Source: an uncultured Eubacteriaceae bacterium
GTDB lineage: Bacteria; Bacillota; Clostridia; Eubacteriales; Eubacteriaceae
DNA: 40,000 nucleotides
Reading direction: 5' to 3'
NCBI GenBank assembly: GCA_945867155.1
Contig: CAMBHL010000003.1
Span: forward strand, 160,099-200,098
Shown here piece by piece: positions 1 through 7,295 of the stretch. The position numbers and the translations under genes were made by a program. Positions within the stretch are counted from its first letter, which is position 1. Each line of letters opens with the position of its first letter. The notes beneath the pieces were generated by a model. The model was given only the letters and a program-made list of their open reading frames with translations, searched no databases and had not been told where the DNA came from.

Positions 1-374
1 ACCACGATGAACTTCGTCCAACCGTATGCCTTGTTCAGCTCGTACATGGTCTTGATGTAGGTATAGGTTTTTCCGACGCCGGTCTCCATCTCGATGGTCA
101 GGTTGTATTTGCCCTCGAGCGACTGTGACGGCTCGATCTGACCGTCACGCTGGATCTTCCGGATATGCTCAAGTATCTGTCCGTCGGACAGCTCCGGCAC
201 GATTTTGGCGTTCGCCCAGCCGGTGAAGTCATCCGCATCCATGATGATCTGATTTTGTTCGCTGCCTCTGTCTATCATGTAGGATGGCGTGAGGTACGGC
301 TGTCCGGCGAAAACGTCCACGACGGCCTTGGCGGCGTCAGCCTGAAACTTCTGGTGCTTGAATTGCAGTTTCAT
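1..374 (-). CDS. res: Type III restriction endonuclease Res subunit (SF2 helicase-nuclease). Only the N-terminal ~124 codons are present; the gene continues past the left edge of the window.
   Basis: Open frame absent from the ORF track because it has no stop in the window. ATG at 374-372 is preceded by GGAGGT (revcomp of 381-386), directly after the mod stop. My translation is [27 protein letters not shown]...[34 protein letters not shown]. The ETGVGKT helicase motif I and the N-terminus are typical of Type III Res proteins. Confidence 0.8.
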   Translation of the reverse strand, partial: [124 protein letters not shown]

Positions 375-386
375 TCTGCCACCTCC

Positions 387-2249
387 TTAAATAACCTTGA
401 CTCTTGTATCCGGCGCAAGCAGCTTGAAAATCTCGCCGACATTGATCTTTGCCGGACTGTTGGCGAAGCTGGAGTCGCGGAACACGGCACGCAACGGCTG
501 ACGTTTGGCAATGGTCTTGATAACTGACTCCGGCACGTTCTCATCAAAGCAAGCAATTAAATCGCCGTCATTGTAAGTGTGTACCGTGCAGCCTTCGATG
601 GTTTCAGAAGTGTACGGAAGCGACAGCGGAAGTCCCCATTCGAGCAGGCAGCCAAACAATAAATCCAAATCAGTACGGTCAGATTTAACGTTGGACTCCA
701 TCATCGTGAGCATGTCCTGCGTGTAATCTCCCGCGGCGTAATAGACATTATTCATGTTGGAGTCATCGATCTTTAGATCGCGGAAGCCGTCGTCAAACTT
801 TGCGTCAGGATTGTCCTCGTGAATCTTCTTTGCAGCGCGGCGGATGCGTTCCTTGCCGATTTCGCAGATGTTCTTGTAGCCGGCTTTGAATGCCTCGCTC
901 TTTTCGTCCGTCTCTTCCCGCAACTGCACCATGATGAACTTGCGGTGTCCACCGTCCTCGGCGTTCAGCTGCATGACGGCGTGGGCAGTCGTAGCGGAGC
1001 CAGAAAAGAAGTCGAGGATGATGTCATTTTTTTCTGTTGCATGGTAAACAAGGCGCCGTATCATTTCTACTGGCTTTACCGTATCAAATCCATTATTTGG
1101 CAAAAGTGTTTTGAGTTCGCTCTTTGCACTTTCCGCTGTTCCTATTTCTTTCGAAAAAAATCCCCAGAACGGCTGCGTCGATTCATTCCTTTCATATTCT
1201 GGACGCATTTTTATAATTGCTTTTCCATTTTCGATATACAAATCTCCTGCTTGCCTGTATTCGGCAACTTGGTCTTGACCAAGTTTCCACTGTTTCCCCG
1301 CAGGCGGAGAAACAGTGGAAACTCCATCCGTAATATCAAAAATCATGCTTTTCCGACCGCGAACGCCATTGGCATTCATGACCTCGATAGGATATTTGCG
1401 ATATACTCCTCTATCATCCTTTTCCGGATATTCTTTTTCTCCAAGTTGGATTAAATGAAACCTCCGCTTTTCTTGATTCGAGTATACAAGAATCATTTCT
1501 TCTTTCGGTTGGAGTTTATTGTAGGATGTTTTTGTATTTTGCGATTTTGTTTTCGACTCCCAATAAATTTCTCCTATAAAATGACTTTCACCAAATATCT
1601 CGTTGGCGATCGAACGCATATTAAAATTCTCGTTATAATCAATCGAAATAAAAATAACCCCATCCTCACTCAGCAAATTTCTCGCTAGCATCAGCCTTGA
1701 GTAAATCATCGAACACCAGTCAGAATGATATCGCCCTGCAGATGCCGAATTTTCGCGTTGATAATTTACATTCCCATCCTCATCAAAATACCCCGTTCCT
1801 TCGTTATAATCCTCATTGTCCATGATGAATGAATCTGGGTAAATAAAGTCGTGCCCCGTATTGTAGGGAGGATCTATGTATATCATCTTGACCTTGCCGA
1901 GATAGCTTTCCTGCAGGAGCTTCAGGACTTTGAGATTGTCTCCCTCAATATAAAGATTCTCGGTCGTATCCCAATTGACGCTGTCTTCCTTGCACGGGCG
2001 CAGGGTTTTGCGGATAGGACGGTTCGCCTCCACGATGGATGCTTTTTTGCCAACCCATGTAAACTCATAGGCCTCGTCACCGTCGATCACGCTGTCGGAC
2101 AGCATCTGCTTCAACAAATCGAAATTGATGGCTTTCTTCAAATGCCCGTTTTCATCCCGTGCCTCTGTGACGCAGTTTGGGAACAGCGCGGCGATCTTCT
2201 TGACGTTCTCCTGCTGGATGTCTTCGGATTCCATTCTCATTTTATCCAT
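387..2249 (-). CDS. mod: Type III R-M Mod subunit, beta-class N6-adenine (or N4-cytosine) DNA methyltransferase
   Basis: 620 aa ORF. Motif IV IYIDPPYNTG lies at aa ~123-132 and SAM motif I FFSGSATTAHAV at aa ~414, so motif IV precedes motif I (beta class). It sits immediately upstream of res. Confidence 0.85.
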   Translation of the reverse strand: MDKMRMESEDIQQENVKKIAALFPNCVTEARDENGHLKKAINFDLLKQMLSDSVIDGDEAYEFTWVGKKASIVEANRPIRKTLRPCKEDSVNWDTTENLYIEGDNLKVLKLLQESYLGKVKMIYIDPPYNTGHDFIYPDSFIMDNEDYNEGTGYFDEDGNVNYQRENSASAGRYHSDWCSMIYSRLMLARNLLSEDGVIFISIDYNENFNMRSIANEIFGESHFIGEIYWESKTKSQNTKTSYNKLQPKEEMILVYSNQEKRRFHLIQLGEKEYPEKDDRGVYRKYPIEVMNANGVRGRKSMIFDITDGVSTVSPPAGKQWKLGQDQVAEYRQAGDLYIENGKAIIKMRPEYERNESTQPFWGFFSKEIGTAESAKSELKTLLPNNGFDTVKPVEMIRRLVYHATEKNDIILDFFSGSATTAHAVMQLNAEDGGHRKFIMVQLREETDEKSEAFKAGYKNICEIGKERIRRAAKKIHEDNPDAKFDDGFRDLKIDDSNMNNVYYAAGDYTQDMLTMMESNVKSDRTDLDLLFGCLLEWGLPLSLPYTSETIEGCTVHTYNDGDLIACFDENVPESVIKTIAKRQPLRAVFRDSSFANSPAKINVGEIFKLLAPDTRVKVI

Positions 2250-2251
2250 TA

Positions 2252-3136
2252 TCAGTTTCCTCCTTGCAGTTGCTTTCTATAATCGCCAATTTGGTAGATG
2301 GCTGCTTTCAGAACTTGCAAACATATTAATGCTGTCTGCATATCTGGGGTAAATCTCGTAGCCAATTGAGAATAGGGATGAATATAATTCCTGAAATCTC
2401 GAACCACATGACTGAATTTCTTCACATCTTGTTTCAAGAATCCCAATTCAGCAGCAACATCAATGTAGTTACTAAGTGTCCATTCTTGAAATTTCTTCGT
2501 GCTTCCATCTTTGCTCTTAGGCGCACAGTTAGCTTGATTAAATAATCGCGGATATGAAGTAGCAACACCCAGTAATATTCCTTCCATAATGCCACCTATC
2601 ATAATTACAGACGATAGAGGTGCATTAGATGCCACACAGTTTTCTGCTTCTTTCAATCGCTCTTTTATTAGTTCATTTAATTCGGCTGAAAGGCCTATAC
2701 TTTCTATGTTGATATTAAATGTCTGACTTAAGAACTCATCAGTTGTTTCTATAGTCTGCTTTTTCGAAGAGTCCACGATTACCCGGTCATGCTTTTTAAA
2801 TGTTATTACATCGTTATTGCGAACAACCTCCCATTTATCAAAAGCAAGATACTGATTAAAATGTGCTATCTGTTTGTCGAGGTAATCAATCCGTTCTATG
2901 TAATCAATAACTGCAAATACCTTCTTAATACACTTATCAAGTTCTGGCGTCCCATTTATGGCAGCAAGTTTCTGATCTGTATAGACCCATCTTGAAGGAA
3001 ATCCTTGACCATACACATCATCAAATCCCAGATCATTGAAAAAGTCGACTAACTGCGGTCCACTTCGATAATCCCCAGTATTGTCACCATTTATTATTTT
3101 TCTAAGTTCCTCAAGCGTACGCTTGCTTAATTGCAT
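2252..3136 (-). CDS. Uncharacterised 294 aa protein, candidate HEPN-type (AbiJ-like) effector with an unknown N-terminal domain
   Basis: The C-terminal helical region holds VRDFRNYIHP (R246-x6-H253, nt 2378-2401), which fits the HEPN Rx4-6H spacing. The N-terminus (SGPQLVDFFNDLGF...PSRWVYT) resembles, from memory, N-terminal domains found on AbiJ-type proteins. The gene is visibly AT-rich compared with its neighbours. Confidence 0.45.
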   Translation of the reverse strand: MQLSKRTLEELRKIINGDNTGDYRSGPQLVDFFNDLGFDDVYGQGFPSRWVYTDQKLAAINGTPELDKCIKKVFAVIDYIERIDYLDKQIAHFNQYLAFDKWEVVRNNDVITFKKHDRVIVDSSKKQTIETTDEFLSQTFNINIESIGLSAELNELIKERLKEAENCVASNAPLSSVIMIGGIMEGILLGVATSYPRLFNQANCAPKSKDGSTKKFQEWTLSNYIDVAAELGFLKQDVKKFSHVVRDFRNYIHPYSQLATRFTPDMQTALICLQVLKAAIYQIGDYRKQLQGGN

Positions 3137-3792
3137 GTATCAAGTCCCTCCAGTTCTTTCCTGAGCTTCTTCAGCTCCGCGTTCATTTCCATCTGTCGGT
3201 TCAGCTGCTTTTCCTTGCGAATCTTTGCCTGCAGCTTACTTATTTGTTTTTGCAATTCGTCCCGGCGGTCATCCCTCGCTACGGATTCCTTCAGCGTTTC
3301 CTGCGGTGTCGATGTTTGCAGGGTATCGCCCGCAATCTGACGAACGAAGTTCTCATAAACAGCATCTATGTTCAGGCCGTCCAGATGTACTGGCAGTTCA
3401 TTTTCTAATACCCATCCGGTCTGGTAATATCGGTCAACCTTGAACGCGGCTTTACCGCTACCTGCGGCTTCCTTGTAACCGATCACTGCTTTGTATTTCC
3501 CGTCATATTCCAGTACAAACAAGATGTGGTACGGTATCTCACGGTCGATCTGCCTGAGCACATTCTCGTCAAGCGTGTCCTGGTTCAGGCGGACAAGCAA
3601 TACCTCAATCTCTGTGACGGCTTTCCCCTCCGCCAGATTGACAGTGGACGGCGCAATTTTGTTCGCCCAGTAGATAATCCGTATCTGGTCAACAAAGCTG
3701 CGCTTCAGAGCCGGGCTGATGGTCAGATTGTCATAAAACTTCTGTTTAGGGATCCGCTTGTTGAACTCCGTGGATTTCGGCAATCCCAGCAT
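3127..3792 (-). CDS. DUF4391-family protein with a C-terminal coiled-coil tail
   Basis: 221 aa. The N-terminus MLGLPKSTEFNKRIPKQKFYDNL...IRIIYWANKIAPSTVNL...REIPYHILFVLEYDGKY matches my recollection of the DUF4391 family. The last ~50 aa are K/E/Q/L-rich heptad-like sequence. Its stop overlaps the start of the downstream gene by 10 nt. Confidence 0.6.
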   Translation of the reverse strand: MLGLPKSTEFNKRIPKQKFYDNLTISPALKRSFVDQIRIIYWANKIAPSTVNLAEGKAVTEIEVLLVRLNQDTLDENVLRQIDREIPYHILFVLEYDGKYKAVIGYKEAAGSGKAAFKVDRYYQTGWVLENELPVHLDGLNIDAVYENFVRQIAGDTLQTSTPQETLKESVARDDRRDELQKQISKLQAKIRKEKQLNRQMEMNAELKKLRKELEGLDTCN

Positions 3793-3803
3793 ATGCTCCT
3801 CCT

Positions 3804-6800
3804 TTACATTACCACGAGGAAGGTCACCAGTTCAAAGTCATCGATGCCTTTTACCTCCGAAAGCAAGGCAGATGTGCCGCCGCTCTTGAAGAGGCTGTCG
3901 ATGTCGCTTTCCTCCTTGGTATCTATGATTGAATTGATGGCATCGGACAGCAGCGCTGACATTTCACTCATGTTCCTGCCATCATCGGTTTTTTTATTAA
4001 AACGGTCGCAGACCTCCACAATCGGTTCAGCTTTTCCACGGCACAGAAGCCTCATATCATCAAGCAGCTTCTTCGGATTCAGATAGTCGCAGACGATTTC
4101 ACCTTCCAGACTGATATAGACCATATAGAACGGATGAATGCGATTCAGACTGTCAATGTTCACACCATTGTTGCGATTCTTCAGTACGAAAAGCACTCCT
4201 TCTGGCAGGTCTTCCGTCTTCTTCACCACGGAATGCAGACCGAATGGCATGTGGTCGAGATCCGGATGCGTTTTGATGTATTCGAGAAGATCAAGTCTAA
4301 ATTCATTAAGACCGAGATCCATGATGGATATCCCGCCTGACATGTCTTCCAGATCCACCACTTCGGTCTGCAACTTCTTAAGCTGTTCGCGGCGATATTC
4401 CAGGTCTCCTTTTTCTTCCGGGCTGATCGGATTGTCGTCACCGGTAGATGTCAGAACGGAAATTTTCATCCTCGTTTCCACACGGGCTTTCAGATTAATG
4501 TACTCGTCAAGCGTCAAATCCGGCCAGAAGTTCACGAGCTGGATCTGCTTGTTCCTGCTGCCAATTCGATCTATACGTCCAAACCGCTGGATAATACGCA
4601 CTGGATTCCAGTGAATGTCGTAGTTGACGCAGTAGTCGCAGTCCTGCAGGTTCTGGCCTTCGGAGATGCAGTCGGTTGCGATCAAGATATCGATGTCCTT
4701 CTTGCTCCCCGGCATAAGGACGTCTCGATCCTTGGAAACCGGCGAGAAGCATGTGAGGATGTTGTTGAACGTCGCCTTGAAGTTCTTCAGCGTGGTTCTG
4801 CCGTCGACCGTGCCACTGATCATACCGGTATTTAGGCCGTACTTTTCCATAACATACCGGCTGACATTGTCGTACAGATACTCCGCTGTATCAGAGAATG
4901 CTGTGAAAATCAGCACCTTCCTGTTGCCAGGGTTGATCGGATTCTCAATCTTCTGTGAGATGAGCTTGTAGAGCTCCTGCAGCTTCGTGTCATGTTCCGG
5001 CGTAATATCCGCAATCATGAGAATCAGAAGTTCGAGCGTATCCGCATCCTTTTGCAGCACGTCCTTCCAGCTCTTGTAATCCATATCGACAAGGTCAATC
5101 TTCACTTTACGTCCGACAGTGAAGTAGTCGGTGTTCTGGTCCTCCATGTCGAAATCGTCGGAATCAGCTTCATACATGTCGATGTTGGCTTTTCCATATT
5201 TCTCGTACTGAGTGATTCCCTCGATTGTCTCCATAATGAATTTGCGGATGCGTTCCAGTGTAAGCCGGAAGGATGAGACCGAGCTTTCCAGCCGCTTGAG
5301 GAGATTGACACTCATCAGCCTGCGGATACCTTCTTCACGTCCAGACTGCGTCAGATTGTTTCCCTTGTGATGTGTCAGATCAATATATTTCTGCATCTTG
5401 CTCGGGAAGATATAGGCAGAAGGCGTGTAAATCTCCAGCTGAAGCTGAGAAAGCTGTTCATATATTTCGTTGTAGTTAATGGCGCTCGGAAGATCCGTCA
5501 GGCTCGGCCTAAGTGAGATTGGTTTGCGCCGTTCCGGGAACTTGCCGATCTTCTCCGTGTTGTAGTATTTCTCGATATGTTTTCGTGACCGTGCAATGGT
5601 TACAGAGTCGAGCACTTCAAAGAAATCAAAATCCAGTCGGCGCAGCAGGTTATCCGTTGTCCGTTCCTCAGCTGGGAGCTTGCTCCAAGCGTTGAATGCG
5701 GTCTGGGCCTGGCGGAATATCTCGTCGATCGACTTTGACGTATTCAACTTCTCATCAATCAACTCCGGCGTTCCTTCATATGCTAGAGCAAGTTGATTCT
5801 TGAGGTCGTTAAAGCGGTTATTGACAGGAGTTGCTGACAGCATGAGTACTTTCGTCTTCACTCCAGCGCGTACAACTTTATTCAGAAGTTTTAGATAGCG
5901 GTTTTCCTTCTGGTCCTCACCGGAAAGTTCTCCGCCGTTTCGGAAGTTATGCGACTCGTCAATAACCACAAGATCATAGTTTCCCCAGTTGAGCCGGTCG
6001 AGATCAAGCCCGTTTGATGTGCCATGGTCACGAGAAAGATCCGTATGGAAAAGGACATCGTATCGCAGCCTGTCAGCGGCAATCGGATTGTTGACGTAGT
6101 TGTCCTTGTAGGTATTCCAGTTCTCCGCCAGCTTCTTCGGGCAGAGAACAAGCACGGACTTGTTTCTGTTCTCATAGTATTTGATGACAGCGAGAGCCGT
6201 GAACGTCTTTCCAAGACCGACGCTGTCAGCGAGGATGCAGCCGTTGTACTTCTCTAGCTTGTTGATTATGGCGAGCGCAGCATCCTTCTGGAAATCGTAA
6301 AGCATATCCCAGATTTTGCTGTTCTTAAAACCGGTTGCTTCGTTCGGCAGCACGTCCTCAGAGACGTCCTCCAGAAATTCACTGAATACGTTATAAAGCG
6401 TAATGAAGTAGATCAGCTCCGGCGAATTTTCATTATAAGCAGTCGTAATGTTTTCCAAAACAACATCAGTGACGTCCTGCAGCTTTTCTTTATCGTTCCA
6501 AAGAGAATCGAAGACCTGCAAGTACTGCGCCGCGAATGGAGTCTCGAGGCTGTTCACCATATTGTAGCTATTGTTGCCACGTTCGCATCCAATATCTACC
6601 GTCGTGAATCCGTTCAAAGGCATGTAAGCTATTTTTTCAGTTCCAGAGTCGGTAACCATAAATCCGGCCATGTTCTCGCCAGTTGTATTTGATTTAAATG
6701 TGGCCTTTCTCCTGATCCAGTCGGCGCACTCTTTTGCGATTGCCTTCTGCGTCATTTCATTACGCAGCTTAATTTCAAATTCCGTGCCGTAAAGACTCTG

Positions 6801-7037
6801 CTCACGAGTAAGCCGAGGAATATAAAACTCGCGCTTCTGCTTTTTCGATTTCTCTGTTACAAAGGTCGGCGATGTGAAGATGAAGCGGAACTCATCAATG
6901 CTTTCGAGCTGCTTTTTCAATTCACTATAGGCATACATAGAAAAGCAAGCCGCTGCCACGGAAACCTTGCTATTCCGCTTTATCGTTTTTTCCATGTCAT
7001 CTCGAACGATGTTCGTGACATTATCAAATACCTTCAT
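3804..7037 (-). CDS. SNF2-family (SF2) helicase/translocase, ~1077 aa, with unassigned N- and C-terminal extensions
   Basis: Motif I is ADSVGLGKTFTALAV, motif II DLVVIDESHNFRN, motif III MLSATPVNN, and the helicase-C block is ATDCISEGQNLQDCDYCVNYDIHWNPVRIIQRFGRIDRIGS. The start is placed at ATG 7037 (MKVFDN..., upstream GGAAGGCGAG). The track ORF extends to a GTG at 7148, but those 37 extra codons look like a relic (see findings). Confidence 0.85.
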   Translation of the reverse strand: MKVFDNVTNIVRDDMEKTIKRNSKVSVAAACFSMYAYSELKKQLESIDEFRFIFTSPTFVTEKSKKQKREFYIPRLTREQSLYGTEFEIKLRNEMTQKAIAKECADWIRRKATFKSNTTGENMAGFMVTDSGTEKIAYMPLNGFTTVDIGCERGNNSYNMVNSLETPFAAQYLQVFDSLWNDKEKLQDVTDVVLENITTAYNENSPELIYFITLYNVFSEFLEDVSEDVLPNEATGFKNSKIWDMLYDFQKDAALAIINKLEKYNGCILADSVGLGKTFTALAVIKYYENRNKSVLVLCPKKLAENWNTYKDNYVNNPIAADRLRYDVLFHTDLSRDHGTSNGLDLDRLNWGNYDLVVIDESHNFRNGGELSGEDQKENRYLKLLNKVVRAGVKTKVLMLSATPVNNRFNDLKNQLALAYEGTPELIDEKLNTSKSIDEIFRQAQTAFNAWSKLPAEERTTDNLLRRLDFDFFEVLDSVTIARSRKHIEKYYNTEKIGKFPERRKPISLRPSLTDLPSAINYNEIYEQLSQLQLEIYTPSAYIFPSKMQKYIDLTHHKGNNLTQSGREEGIRRLMSVNLLKRLESSVSSFRLTLERIRKFIMETIEGITQYEKYGKANIDMYEADSDDFDMEDQNTDYFTVGRKVKIDLVDMDYKSWKDVLQKDADTLELLILMIADITPEHDTKLQELYKLISQKIENPINPGNRKVLIFTAFSDTAEYLYDNVSRYVMEKYGLNTGMISGTVDGRTTLKNFKATFNNILTCFSPVSKDRDVLMPGSKKDIDILIATDCISEGQNLQDCDYCVNYDIHWNPVRIIQRFGRIDRIGSRNKQIQLVNFWPDLTLDEYINLKARVETRMKISVLTSTGDDNPISPEEKGDLEYRREQLKKLQTEVVDLEDMSGGISIMDLGLNEFRLDLLEYIKTHPDLDHMPFGLHSVVKKTEDLPEGVLFVLKNRNNGVNIDSLNRIHPFYMVYISLEGEIVCDYLNPKKLLDDMRLLCRGKAEPIVEVCDRFNKKTDDGRNMSEMSALLSDAINSIIDTKEESDIDSLFKSGGTSALLSEVKGIDDFELVTFLVVM

Positions 7038-7135
7038 TAACTTTTCTCGCCTTCCATATGTAATCTCTTTATCATATACGACCTGTTGATGAAAGTAAGC
7101 ATTATGCGTCAGGATAAAGATCTGTTCAATGTACC

Positions 7136-7185
7136 AATCACGAGTCACAACCTATCAAATATCTAATCACGAGTCTCAACCCTAT
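7136..7185. repeat. Imperfect 20/21-bp direct repeat with a 29-bp period at the island border
   Basis: Copy one is aatcacgagtcacaacctat at 7136-7155. Copy two is aatcacgagtctcaaccctat at 7165-7185, with 1 mismatch and 1 extra base. The first copy overlaps the GTG at 7148. Confidence 0.7.
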
Positions 7186-7295
7186 AAAACAGCTCGATCG
7201 ATAAGTTCCCCCAGAGGGTTTTTTCTTAATTGAACCATCCTTTTGCAAAAAGTCAGGTGTGCAGGAATGGCTTAAAATAAGGCTTTTCTCACTCC

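Noticed and set aside
1024-1160. Homopolymer runs (T7 at ~1027-1033 and A7 at ~1154-1160) inside mod as possible phase-variation switches
   Set aside because: Runs of 7 are short compared with the tracts that drive Type III mod phase variation in known phasevarions. No tetra- or pentanucleotide repeat array is present in mod or in the visible part of res.
819-1454. A 211-aa + strand ORF, plus several other + strand ORFs, overlapping mod and the SNF2 gene (for example 1851-2282, 3526-4086, 4138-4614)
   Set aside because: They lie antisense to ORFs with clear methyltransferase/helicase motifs. Their translations are low-complexity (F/L/S/R-rich) and they lack RBSs, so they are shadow ORFs.
7200-7225. 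The CCCCCAGAGGGTTTTTT stretch as a terminator
   Set aside because: The stem is only ~3 bp. The T-run is on the + strand, where no gene ends, and on the minus strand the A-run precedes rather than follows the stem.
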